Positions 27,031-36,870 are shown, numbered from the stretch's first letter. The stretch is DNA of 64,000 nt from Candidatus Latescibacterota bacterium (GCA_965217585.1 OZ244561.1:3136001-3200000), one strand, 5' to 3'. Notes: a model not told the origin generated them from the letters alone. Made by a program: numbers and translations.

Positions 27031-28368
27031 ATGGATAGCGCGCAAAGCAGCATCCGCGAGGCCCCGACTCATTTTGGTGGCTTCTTACGCAATATCGGCC
27101 CCGGCGTCGTTGTCTCTGGGTCGGTGGTTGGCTCAGGCGAGTTGTTGGTGACGACGCGGATGGGAGCCGAGGTCGGCTTTGTCTTCCTCTGGGGCGTGAT
27201 CTTGGCCTGTTTGGTCAAATTTGTGATTCAGCTCGAATTGGGCCGACAGTGCCTGTTGCGCAAGAGCAGTACCGTGCAGATCCTCGACCAAGTGCCGGGC
27301 ACGCGCTGGCGCGACACTTCGTGGATCGCGTGGCTGTGCGTGGTAGGCTACTTCTCGGTGACGGTGGCCGTCATCGGCATCTTGGGGTCGGTGGCGGGGC
27401 TGATGGTCGCGGTGTTCCCCTTTGCGTCCGAACAGATATGGGCGGTAGCAGTATTTCTCGCCATGTCGGTTTTGCTCTGGCGGGGGCTATACGGCGACTT
27501 GGAGAAAATGGTCTCTGTGCTGGTGGCGACCTTCAGCTTGGTCGTCGTCGGATCGGTGCTCGCACTGCAAGGCACCAGCTACGCAATCGGCAGCGCGCAA
27601 ATCGCCTCGGGCTTCCGCTTTGCCATGCCAGCCGAAGGCGCGTTTGTGGCCCTTGCGGTGATGGGATCGGTGGGCGCAACCGCAGTCGAGCTTTTCATGT
27701 ATCCCTATTGGATCGTGGAAAAAGGCTACCCGGATTTTGTCGGACCAAAAGACGATAGCCCCGAATGGCAGGCGCGCTACCGGGGCTGGATGCGGGTCTT
27801 GGTCACAGATGCGGGCGTGTGTACGGGCATTGCGCTGGTGGTCACGTGCGCGTATTACCTGCTGGGCGCGTCGGTGCTCAATCAGCTACAAGTCCTGCCC
27901 GAAGGCATGAAGGTCGTCGAGCAAGTCTCGCTAATTTTCACCGAGAGCCTCGGCGGCGGGGCGTATTATCTCTTTATGTTCGGGGGATTTTGCACGCTTT
28001 TTTCCACGCTGCTGGTCTTCGCTGCTTCTTCGGGGCGGATCGGTGCCGACTTTCTGCGACAACTAGGGGTGAGCGCGCTCGCCGAAGAAGAGGGCTACCG
28101 CCGCTGGATTCGCATTTTCCAGATCGGCTTCCCGTTTGGCTGGCTGCTTTTCATATTGTTCGACCCGCGCACCCTCGACTTTGTGCTCAAAGGTGCCAAC
28201 GCTAACAATCTGTTGCTGATCCCGATGGCCTACGCGGTGCTGCATCTGGCGATGCGGGTGCCCAAAGACGAGCGGATGTCGCTGTGGACCGAGTTGGCAC
28301 TGCTGTTTACGATCTGGGCCATCATCAACTTTACGGCGGTCAATTTGTTTAAGCTGTCCGGGCACTAG
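27031..28368 (+). CDS. Nramp-related membrane transporter
   Basis: 'GPG.V....VGSGE', 'GA..G', about 11 hydrophobic segments, 'YPYW..EKG'. Confidence 0.75.
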   Translation: MDSAQSSIREAPTHFGGFLRNIGPGVVVSGSVVGSGELLVTTRMGAEVGFVFLWGVILACLVKFVIQLELGRQCLLRKSSTVQILDQVPGTRWRDTSWIAWLCVVGYFSVTVAVIGILGSVAGLMVAVFPFASEQIWAVAVFLAMSVLLWRGLYGDLEKMVSVLVATFSLVVVGSVLALQGTSYAIGSAQIASGFRFAMPAEGAFVALAVMGSVGATAVELFMYPYWIVEKGYPDFVGPKDDSPEWQARYRGWMRVLVTDAGVCTGIALVVTCAYYLLGASVLNQLQVLPEGMKVVEQVSLIFTESLGGGAYYLFMFGGFCTLFSTLLVFAASSGRIGADFLRQLGVSALAEEEGYRRWIRIFQIGFPFGWLLFILFDPRTLDFVLKGANANNLLLIPMAYAVLHLAMRVPKDERMSLWTELALLFTIWAIINFTAVNLFKLSGH

Positions 28369-28383
28369 CGGCTTTCTTTCAAT

Positions 28384-31300
28384 ATGACCGGCCAGCTATT
28401 CACTCACTATTTCCTCACCGACGGCATAAAGACCACGCCCGAGTGGCAAGCGTCTGTTGACCAGCCGGAAGCGTTTGCTGCGTTTAGGAACGGCGTTGCT
28501 CGACATCACAGCGCCCTCAGCCGTTCCCGAAATCCCAACGAAGCTCGCACGGAGGAAGAGCTGATTCGTCCGGTTCTGGAGCTATTGGGATGGACCGAGT
28601 ACGTGCCTCAGCCAAGCGCCGCCGGCCATGAGGACATTCCCGACCACCTGCTTTTTGCCGACGCCGAATCCAAGGCGCGGGCCGGGAATCCCTTCCAGAA
28701 CGCGACAGTAGTTGAAGAGAGTAAGCGCTTTGAGCTTGCGCTCGACAGTCGGGACCGGAATGATCGGGCGCAACGTGGGACGCCGCACGGTCAGATTCTT
28801 CGATATTTGGCGACGGCTGAGATCGAGTCGGAGGGGCACATTCGCTGGGGCATCCTCACCAATGGCAGTGTATGGCGGCTGTACGACTACCGCGCTCGAC
28901 CGCGTGCTAGCGGCTACTTTGAAGCCGACTTGACAGAACTGCTCCAGCCCGGCAACGAGGATGGTTTGCGCGTCTTTCATCTGCTGTTCCGCCGCGAGTC
29001 CTTCACGCTTCGGGACGGGGCCACGAGTACGTTTCTCGAAGAGGCGCTGGCTGAGGGTCGGCGCTATGAGGAACAGGTCGCACAAGACCTGTCGGGGGTG
29101 GTGTTCGAGCGGGTGTTTCCCAACCTCGTCAATGCGCTTGTGCAGAAGTCGGAGGAAAGCCTCGCCGAGAGTCGGGATGCGGCGTTGATCTTTCTCTATC
29201 GGCTGCTGTTTGTGCTCTACGCCGAGGATCGAGGTCTGCTGCCTGTTAATGATGAGCGATACGACGACTATGGTTTGCGAAAGCCTGTCCGCGACGAGAT
29301 TGCGAGCAGAATGGCGGCTGACGACACGTATTCGGCGATTGCTACCAATTATTACGACCACCTGACAACGTTGTTCAAGCTCATCGACAAGGGCGACGAG
29401 TCCATTGGTTTGCCACCGTATAACGGTGGGCTGTTCGCGGCGGAAGCTGCTCCATTGTTAGAAACGGTCCGTCTGGCCGACAAAGACATCGCGCCGATCA
29501 TCTACGACCTGAGCCACGCCGAGGATTTGCAGGGCGTGCACCACTTTGTCAACTACCGCGACATGTCGGTGCAGCAGCTTGGCTCGATCTACGAGCGGCT
29601 GCTGGAGCACGAGCCGGTGCGCGATGACGACGGCAACATTTCTATCCGTCCCAATCCGTATGCCCGCAAGGACAGCGGCAGTTTTTATACCTCTCAGGAA
29701 CTCGTCGATCTGATTGTCGAACGGACTTTGAAGCCGCTGGCCGAAGAGCGGCTACAAGCCTTTGAGGACAAGGCCGCCGAACTTAAGAGCGACCGTCGAT
29801 CCAAGCAGGAACGGCGAGAGGAACTTGAGCAGCTTGATCCGGCAGCGGCTGTGTTGGACCTCAAAGTTTTGGACCCGGCGATGGGCAGCGGGCACTTCCT
29901 CGTCACGGCGGTGGATTTTCTGTCGGACTACATCGCCGAGTTAATTGAGCGCGTCCCCTCGGTTCCGGAGTGGTTGGACGGCGAGTATGCGTCGCCGCTG
30001 GTGGGGCGCGTGGCGGCGATTCGGGATGACATTCGCAAACGGGCTAAAGAATCAAACTGGGTTTTGGCCGAGGCGCAGCTTACCGACCAAGCCATTATTC
30101 GTCGCATGGTGCTCAAGCGCTGCATTTACGGGGTGGATAAGAATCGGCTGACGGTCGAGTTGGCTAAGGTGTCGCTGTGGCTGCACAGTTTTACGGTGGG
30201 TGCGCCGTTGTCTTTTCTCGATCATCATCTGCGTTGCGGCGACTCGCTGGTTGGTCTGCGGGTGCGGGACGCTACGGATGAGTTGCACCGGCTCGGCGGG
30301 ATGTTTGCCAGTAGCGCCATTGCCGGGGCGGAGACGGCCACTGACGGGATGCAGCGGATTGAGGAGATGTCCGACGCCGACGTTGCGGAGGTGCAGGAAT
30401 CGGCGGTGCTGTTTGACGGAGTGGAGGAGACGACTGCTGACCTGCGCGGCTTGCTCGACTTTCTGTGCGGCTGGCGTTGGCTGACGGCTGGGATGAAAAA
30501 GAAAGAACGCGATGAATTTGAGGGGCCGTTGGTTACGACGCTCGGTCAGCATACGGCGGATGCTTACGAGCTTTTGGCGCGAGGGCCGGAGGAAATGGGC
30601 GTTGCCGACGACACGCGGTTTGCCGAGTTGTGGCGTGAGGCTCGAACCATTGCCAACCGCGAGGGCTTTCTGCATTGGGAAGTGGCCTTTCCGGGAGTGT
30701 GGCATCGGTGGCAGGAAAGTCGTCCGCAAGGCGGCTTTGACGCGGTTATTGGCAACCCGCCGTGGGACCAGATTGAACAGCCGGAAGTGGAATGGTTCGC
30801 AATCCGCGACGAAGAGATAGCCCACGCAGCAACTGGAGCCAAGCGAAAGTCACTGATAAAAAAGAAAAAAGAGGCAGGCGATAAACTCGTCTTGGAGTAC
30901 GAAACGGTGCGGAACCAAGCTACGGCGATGCGCGAGTTCATTCGATCATCGGATGAGTATCCGCTTCTAAGTGGCGGTCGCATCAATCTGTACTCGCTGT
31001 TCGTTGAGCGGGCCATGAGTCTGATTAAGCCGGATGGCTTTGTCGGCCTGCTGACACCGTCGGGTATTTGTGCCGACAAGACTGCGGCTCGATTCTTCAA
31101 GTCCGTTTCGACCAGTGGACGGGTGAGTGGCCTATTCGATTTTGAGAACAAGAGAATTTTCTTCAAGGACATCCATGCTTCGTTCAAATTCTGCGCCCTC
31201 ATCTTTGGCGGCGAGGAGCGACGATTCGACCAGACTGAATGCGCGTTCTTCCTGCATGATACGAAAACGATCAACGACGAGGACCGCTGCTTTCCATTGA

Positions 31301-32385
31301 CGCCGGACGACTTCGCCCGCGTAAATCCGAATACCGGCACGGCACCCGTCTTTCGCACCCGCCGTGACGCCGACATCACTCGTGGAATCTACGAGCGGCA
31401 TCCGGTTATGGTGGATAGCTCAGGGAGTAAGAAACGCCGCGCTTGGCGAGTGCAGTTCATGCAGGGACTGTTTAACATGACCTCCGACTCCCACCTCTTT
31501 CGCACCGCCGCGCAACTCGATGAGGAAGGTTTCTATCCTATCGAGGGCAACCGCTGGAAACGGGGCGAGGAACTGTATTTACCGCTATATGAAGGGAAGA
31601 TGGTGCAGGCATTTGACCATCGTGCCGCTAGCATCACCAACCGAGAAGGCAACTTATTCCGACCGGGGCAACCGGACAGAACCCTTGACGAAGAATACCT
31701 CGATCCGGCTTTCTCACCTCGTCCTCGATATTGGGTTAGCCAGCAGGAGAGTGATGTTGTCCAGAGTTTGCAATGGCTCTTGTCGTTCAAAGACATTACG
31801 GCGTCAACCAATGTCCGCACCATGATCGCCGCTGTCGTTCCGCAAGTTGGATGCGGGCACACATTGCCAGTCCTCATTCCGGCCAAATGCGACTTCGATG
31901 GCGAGAGCGCAGCCTGCCTGCTGGCCAATCTCAACAGCTTCTGTTTTGATTACGTTGCGCGTCAGAAGGTTCAGGCGACCCACCTCATGTGGTACATCGT
32001 CGAGCAACTCCCCGTCATCGCCCCCACCGACTACGACCGCCCATTCGGCGTGACAACCGCCCGCGACCTCGTCCGCGACCATGTGCTCCGCCTCACCTAC
32101 ACCGCCCACGACATGGCCCCCTTCGCCCGCGACCTCGGCTACGACGGCGAGCCCTTCTTATGGGACGAAGAGGAACGCCGCCACCTCCGCGCCCGTCTCG
32201 ACGCTCTCTACTTCCATCTCTACGGCCTATCACGGGACGACGCCGAATACGTGCTCGACGACACCTTCCCCATCGTCCGTAGCCAAGACGAAGACGCCTG
32301 CGGAACATACCGCACCCGCGATATGACGCTGGCGTATATGAACGCACTGGCGGCGGGGGATACGGAGACGAGGGTGGCGGTGTAA
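28384..32385 (+). CDS. Type IIG restriction-modification enzyme (Eco57I-like; nuclease + N6-MTase + TRD)
   Basis: 'PD...EESK' nuclease motif, 'ILTNG..WRLY', 'GSFYT', motif I 'DPAMGSGHF', motif IV 'GNPPW'. Confidence 0.9.
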   Translation: MTGQLFTHYFLTDGIKTTPEWQASVDQPEAFAAFRNGVARHHSALSRSRNPNEARTEEELIRPVLELLGWTEYVPQPSAAGHEDIPDHLLFADAESKARAGNPFQNATVVEESKRFELALDSRDRNDRAQRGTPHGQILRYLATAEIESEGHIRWGILTNGSVWRLYDYRARPRASGYFEADLTELLQPGNEDGLRVFHLLFRRESFTLRDGATSTFLEEALAEGRRYEEQVAQDLSGVVFERVFPNLVNALVQKSEESLAESRDAALIFLYRLLFVLYAEDRGLLPVNDERYDDYGLRKPVRDEIASRMAADDTYSAIATNYYDHLTTLFKLIDKGDESIGLPPYNGGLFAAEAAPLLETVRLADKDIAPIIYDLSHAEDLQGVHHFVNYRDMSVQQLGSIYERLLEHEPVRDDDGNISIRPNPYARKDSGSFYTSQELVDLIVERTLKPLAEERLQAFEDKAAELKSDRRSKQERREELEQLDPAAAVLDLKVLDPAMGSGHFLVTAVDFLSDYIAELIERVPSVPEWLDGEYASPLVGRVAAIRDDIRKRAKESNWVLAEAQLTDQAIIRRMVLKRCIYGVDKNRLTVELAKVSLWLHSFTVGAPLSFLDHHLRCGDSLVGLRVRDATDELHRLGGMFASSAIAGAETATDGMQRIEEMSDADVAEVQESAVLFDGVEETTADLRGLLDFLCGWRWLTAGMKKKERDEFEGPLVTTLGQHTADAYELLARGPEEMGVADDTRFAELWREARTIANREGFLHWEVAFPGVWHRWQESRPQGGFDAVIGNPPWDQIEQPEVEWFAIRDEEIAHAATGAKRKSLIKKKKEAGDKLVLEYETVRNQATAMREFIRSSDEYPLLSGGRINLYSLFVERAMSLIKPDGFVGLLTPSGICADKTAARFFKSVSTSGRVSGLFDFENKRIFFKDIHASFKFCALIFGGEERRFDQTECAFFLHDTKTINDEDRCFPLTPDDFARVNPNTGTAPVFRTRRDADITRGIYERHPVMVDSSGSKKRRAWRVQFMQGLFNMTSDSHLFRTAAQLDEEGFYPIEGNRWKRGEELYLPLYEGKMVQAFDHRAASITNREGNLFRPGQPDRTLDEEYLDPAFSPRPRYWVSQQESDVVQSLQWLLSFKDITASTNVRTMIAAVVPQVGCGHTLPVLIPAKCDFDGESAACLLANLNSFCFDYVARQKVQATHLMWYIVEQLPVIAPTDYDRPFGVTTARDLVRDHVLRLTYTAHDMAPFARDLGYDGEPFLWDEEERRHLRARLDALYFHLYGLSRDDAEYVLDDTFPIVRSQDEDACGTYRTRDMTLAYMNALAAGDTETRVAV
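32067..32385 (+). repeat. Direct repeat copy 1 (3' end of the RM gene)
   Basis: Near-identical to 35895-36211. Confidence 0.92.
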
Positions 32386-32540
32386 GGGATGCACGGAACA
32401 CACTGTGGTCGTTGACGATACGTGCGATGCGGGACAAGATGAAGCAGGATAGCTATATGATGAATTACGCCACTCAAGACTGTCCCTTTTCAGCCTTGCT
32501 CGGTTTATCCGCACCTGTCGCTTCGTCCCCCTGCGTACCC

Positions 32541-32569
32541 TTGACACGGTTTGCTATTCCGGCTACGTT
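32541..32569 (+). promoter_or_regulatory. Putative sigma70 promoter of the ubiquitin-like operon
   Basis: TTGACA 32541-32546, 17 bp spacer, TACGTT 32564-32569; AGGAG RBS before ATG 32629. Confidence 0.55.
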
Positions 32570-32628
32570 CTCTTATAAGCGTAGCTTAGTAGAACCGAAA
32601 CACTCTTAATACATCAGGAGACATAAAA

Positions 32629-32859
32629 ATGGCTGACTTCACATTCAAGGTTAATGGTGTAGAAATCCCTACTGATCACCAATCTCTCTTGGCGAAAGAG
32701 ATACTAGAACTGGCGAAAGAAAAAGGAGCTATTCCTGGAAATCCGGCGGATTATATCCTGCAGGGCGACAAGGGTTCGTATAAAGCAAATGACCGAGTCA
32801 ATCTAGAGGAAGACAATGTGTTCATAGCAATTCCTGACAAACCCACGCCGGTAGCATAA
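32629..32859 (+). CDS. Ubiquitin-like (beta-grasp, multi-ubiquitin-type) protein
   Basis: 76 aa; 'F.FKVNG......L.A.EIL.LA....P.DY.L......VNL'; first gene of an E2/E1 operon. Confidence 0.7.
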   Translation: MADFTFKVNGVEIPTDHQSLLAKEILELAKEKGAIPGNPADYILQGDKGSYKANDRVNLEEDNVFIAIPDKPTPVA

Positions 32860-32870
32860 CCCTTTCCGAA

Positions 32871-33248
32871 ATGTCCAACAATATTGACCAAATAAAAAGG
32901 GAATTGGAATCCCTAGATTACGAAACCGTCTTGTCCGATAGTCCACAGGGCAAAGTAGTTTTTTTCCCTTACACCGTCGAGATCGGTTCCTACAAAGACA
33001 AACAGTTTATGTTGGGTATCAGTATGCAAGGAAGTGAACCGTATCCTGAGTATCCTCCTCATTGGATTCATTTGGCACCACCGATTGACGATGGTAGAGG
33101 TGGCGTAGTTCAAAGGTACTGCGATGCGAGTGGTCAAGAATGGGCTGCGCTGAGCAGGCCTCCGGGAGAGATTTGGGACCAGTTGTTGACAAAACATATG
33201 CACACTTACCTCAACGAACATCTGCGTCGCTTTTGGAACGGTATATGA
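32871..33248 (+). CDS. Prokaryotic E2/UBC-like protein
   Basis: 'YPEYPP' UBC-type motif and 'W..LSRP'; context between Ubl and E1 genes. Confidence 0.65.
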   Translation: MSNNIDQIKRELESLDYETVLSDSPQGKVVFFPYTVEIGSYKDKQFMLGISMQGSEPYPEYPPHWIHLAPPIDDGRGGVVQRYCDASGQEWAALSRPPGEIWDQLLTKHMHTYLNEHLRRFWNGI

Positions 33249-34696
33249 GTTCCGAAGTCGCTTTTACCTCGGAAGCAGATTCGATCTCCAGCGAACATTT
33301 GTTGCAACATTATCAGCGCAACGAACGTCAAGAAGATCTTTGCTTCGCATTGTGGCGTCCATCTACAGGACAGTTACGCCGCACCGCACTAATCGACGAA
33401 ATTATTCTGCCTCAAAGAGGTGAGCGAATTCTGCACGGCAATGCCAGTTTTGAACCCAACTATCTTTCACGGGCGGCGAAAATAGCATTGAAAAAAAAAG
33501 CGGGTATAGCTTTTATGCATAGTCATCCGAGTTCTGGATGGCAGGGAATGAGCGATCCTGATGTCGAAGCAGAGCGCGATGTTCTAGCGTATCCGGCGGG
33601 AGCTACTGGCTTACCATTGGTGGGTTTGACAATTGGCACTGACGGCTATTGGAGCGCACGCTTTTGGGAAAGAGACGGTGGACAAATGCGCCGTCATTGG
33701 TGCGAAAAAGTTCGCGTTGTCGGGCCGCAGTCCTACAAGATTTACTCTAACGACAACATTGCGCCGCCGCCGTTGAGAAAAGAAGTTCTCAAGCGCACTT
33801 TCGACACTTGGGGGAGTGAATCGCAAAATACGATTGCACGTTTGAAAGTTGGAATTGTTGGACTTGGCAGCGTCGGATGTATTGTCGCCGAGGCGATTGC
33901 TCGAATCGGGATCGCACAAGTTACGCTGATCGATCCCGACAAAGTCGAAGAGCACAACCTCGACCGTTTGCTTTACGGAACGGCGAAAGATGTCGGCAAA
34001 TTAAAGGTCGATTTGGCCGCGCGATCCATGCGACGCAATGCCACCGCCAAAAAAATCCAAATAACAGCTTTGCCGTTTTCAGTTCAAGAAGAAGCGGCTT
34101 ATAACGCCGCACTGGATTGCGATATTCTTTTTAGTTGTGTTGATCGCCCGGTTGCCCGAGACATCCTAAACTACATCGCACAAGCACATTTGATTCCAGT
34201 CATCGATGGCGGAATCGCTGTGGAAACTGACAGACAGCAAGACCGTTTGTCTTCGGCTCATTGGCGTACACACATCGTCACGCCTTATCACCAATGCCTG
34301 CGTTGTAGCAGGCAATACAATTCAAGCATGGTGGTAATGGAATTGGACGGGTCGCTTGATGATCCGTCTTATATCAGCAATTTGCCTCCTGAAGAGCGGG
34401 TCGGCAACCAGAATGTTTTTCCATTCAGTTTAGGCGTTGCCGGAATGGAGGTCAATTTGATGCTTCGCTATCTTCTCGCCGCTGATTGGTGGCCATTGGT
34501 ACGGCAACAGGACTACCAATTTATCATCGCTGAGACGCGCATCATCAACGATGAATGTCATCCTAACTGCTCTTTCCGCCAGCGCCGCGCACAAGGTGAT
34601 GAGGAGAATCCGTCCTATTTGATAAGAACGGCCCCAGAATCTTGGTGGAGTAAGATTTGGCACCTCATTGTCAGGGTTTTCGATAAGATATATTAG
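33245..34696 (+). CDS. JAB/MPN metallo-isopeptidase fused to a ThiF/E1 adenylation domain
   Basis: 'QED...HSHP-SSGWQGM-SDPD' JAMM-like motif; GLGSVG, 'IDPD.VE.HNLDR', 'CVD', CLRC and CHPNC Zn ligands. Confidence 0.85.
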   Translation: MSSEVAFTSEADSISSEHLLQHYQRNERQEDLCFALWRPSTGQLRRTALIDEIILPQRGERILHGNASFEPNYLSRAAKIALKKKAGIAFMHSHPSSGWQGMSDPDVEAERDVLAYPAGATGLPLVGLTIGTDGYWSARFWERDGGQMRRHWCEKVRVVGPQSYKIYSNDNIAPPPLRKEVLKRTFDTWGSESQNTIARLKVGIVGLGSVGCIVAEAIARIGIAQVTLIDPDKVEEHNLDRLLYGTAKDVGKLKVDLAARSMRRNATAKKIQITALPFSVQEEAAYNAALDCDILFSCVDRPVARDILNYIAQAHLIPVIDGGIAVETDRQQDRLSSAHWRTHIVTPYHQCLRCSRQYNSSMVVMELDGSLDDPSYISNLPPEERVGNQNVFPFSLGVAGMEVNLMLRYLLAADWWPLVRQQDYQFIIAETRIINDECHPNCSFRQRRAQGDEENPSYLIRTAPESWWSKIWHLIVRVFDKIY

Positions 34697-35714
34697 AGCG
34701 CTCGACTTTCGGGCCCTCTAAGTTCGCTCGCCGCATGAGTGTCTTTAGATAATACTCCACATTATAGGGATGAGACACACAAGGCCCAAGAGTTATTAAA
34801 CTCTCTGTGACCAACATGTTCTCAATCCCAAGTTCAACATCTTCGGGTTCATAATAATGTTTTATACATTCAGGATAATCTTTTCGATCCTGATCTTCAA
34901 AACGGATTTTCTTTTTGTCTGGAATATCTGACTCAGCAATAACAAACCGGCATTCGCTCTCATGTTTGTATGCATCGCTCTTATATAAGTAGCGAATTTT
35001 CTCCAGATATTCCCAAACAACCCCCGACAATACTTCCCGGACACGTTCGCGAATCGGTGACTTGCGAATTCTTACTAACGGCTCTAGAGAATCCAATACA
35101 GACTTCAGAACCTTTACTGTGTCGTTCACCTCCCTAGTGCCGTAACGGACTTTCTGCAATCGACTACGAGGAACGCGCAGCCACAAAGAACAGCCGTTAC
35201 CTTCTTTCCCGTAGACGCTCCAAAATGCGAGATCATCTCTCTTGCTAATAGTGTCAGACATAAAAGAGGCAATATATGCGTGACTTTCCTCTCTGTTTCC
35301 TAGTAGCCAGTTATATTTTTTCGGTAGGTTCTGAATAAGAAGGTTCCCCTCTTCTGGATCGTTCAGATGCACGGAATCGTACAACCGCCACGAAGACTTT
35401 TTGTCGCTCGTCATCGGTTCTGATTCGGACTTCTTGTCTTCGCGCTTTGGCTCTTCAGAGGCATCTCGAAGCATGGACACGAGAGCAGAGATGCTCGTAT
35501 AGTGTATAACAAATTTATGTTCCTCATTTCCAGAGTCATCAACTTTATGACGCTCTTTGATTCGGAGGCACAAATCTCTCAACATGTTCTGTAATAGTGG
35601 ATACACGATATCAGTTATATATTCCAAAGGTAACGTTCCCGATTGCTCCAAGTATTCTCGACCACCATTTACAGCTACTTTTAGCTCTTCCAATATCTCT
35701 TCGGATTGTTCCAC
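34671..35714 (-). CDS. DUF2971-like protein
   Basis: 'HYTS', 'LNDPEEG', 'DDLAFWS.YG..G.G', 'YK..AY.HE.E.R'. Confidence 0.65.
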   Translation of the reverse strand: MEQSEEILEELKVAVNGGREYLEQSGTLPLEYITDIVYPLLQNMLRDLCLRIKERHKVDDSGNEEHKFVIHYTSISALVSMLRDASEEPKREDKKSESEPMTSDKKSSWRLYDSVHLNDPEEGNLLIQNLPKKYNWLLGNREESHAYIASFMSDTISKRDDLAFWSVYGKEGNGCSLWLRVPRSRLQKVRYGTREVNDTVKVLKSVLDSLEPLVRIRKSPIRERVREVLSGVVWEYLEKIRYLYKSDAYKHESECRFVIAESDIPDKKKIRFEDQDRKDYPECIKHYYEPEDVELGIENMLVTESLITLGPCVSHPYNVEYYLKTLMRRANLEGPKVERSNISYRKP

Positions 35715-35894
35715 CGATCTACTCCTCTCTTGATTAGATAAGTTTTAATTTCACAATTCCATGAAGCGGTTGAATGAAGACAGACCTCTTATTAGATTGA
35801 GCATGACTTCCTTCCAAGAAAACCGATGCCCGCTCGTCCAGGGAGCATATTATGCCCAATGTACGTATCACCCGCCCCTGGTCAACCCCGTCGC

Positions 35895-36211
35895 CCTCGT
35901 CCGCGACCACGTGCTCCGCCTCACCTATACCGCTCACGACATGGCCCCCTTCGCCCGCGACCTCGGCTACGACGGCAAGCCCTTCATCTGGGACGAAGAG
36001 GAACGCCGCCACCTGCGCGCCCGCCTCGACGCGCTCTACTTCCACCTCTACGGCCCTGTCGCGGGACGACGCCGAATACGTCCTCGACACCTTCCCCATC
36101 GTCCGCCGCGAAGACGAAGACGCCTTCGGAACATACCGCACCCGCGATATGACGCTGGCGTATCTGAATGCACTGGCAGCAGGGGATACGGAGACGAGGG
36201 TGGCGGTGTAG
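35895..36211 (+). repeat. Direct repeat copy 2: orphan, frameshifted 3' fragment of the type IIG RM gene
   Basis: Encodes '[27 protein letters not shown]...[13 protein letters not shown]' with a 1-nt shift near 36055. Confidence 0.92.
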
Positions 36212-36298
36212 GCGATTTAGGCGGCTATTGACCAGTGTTAGAGCGATTTGTAATTTGAACCTAATTAATGTATAATCAGCTAATTAGGAGGAAATGTC

Positions 36299-36496
36299 AT
36301 GTGCGAAGAAAATGAGACAGAAGCCGTCTTAGATGATTACCTCAAGACATTAGAAGAGGTCAAAAAGCAATACCAGCAATACGTGGAAGTCAGTGAGCTT
36401 TATAAGTTGCCGATGCAGAAGGCGGAGGAACCAGTACAATATCAACCTCCCAGCCTAGAACATCCCCTGACGACAAATACAATCCGCACCAAGTAA
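36299..36496 (+). CDS. Small hypothetical protein
   Basis: Strong AGGAGG RBS; sits just upstream of the Clp-fold protease gene. Confidence 0.55.
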   Translation: MCEENETEAVLDDYLKTLEEVKKQYQQYVEVSELYKLPMQKAEEPVQYQPPSLEHPLTTNTIRTK

Positions 36497-36508
36497 AACG
36501 GAGCAATC

Positions 36509-36870
36509 ATGGCTTCATGGAGTGAACTTTTAGAGGCTTTCAACATAGAGACCTCCAGAACGCCCGACCCTAACTGGTTCGATAAAAAACTGGAAGAGCA
36601 CCTAGACGCTATCTCAAAACGTCTTGGCGATGCGACCGTTATATTCTATGCGTCGGCTTTTCTACAGAAAGCGGACGACGATAGTGTGTCTATCACTAGA
36701 GAAGATATTAACGGTTTCATGAACGCGCTCGCCGGAACGCCGACGGATAACGGTCTCGTATTGATACTTCATACCCCCGGCGGAGATCCGAACGCTGTTG
36801 AGAGTATAGTTGAGTATTTACACGCTAAGTTTGACCGCATAGATGTGGTCATTCCATACTTGGCAATGAA
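36509..36870 (+). pseudogene. SDH/ClpP-fold (S49-like) serine protease, truncated
   Basis: 'LILHTPGG..A.ESIV.YL...V.IP.LAM' homology stops where 'AMSAGT' with the catalytic Ser is expected. Confidence 0.7.

Noticed and set aside
33245-34696. Assignment as housekeeping MoeB/ThiF linked to moaA
   Set aside because: It is fused to JAB, paired with an E2-like gene and a Ubl lacking Gly-Gly, has atypical composition and lies 27 kb from moaA
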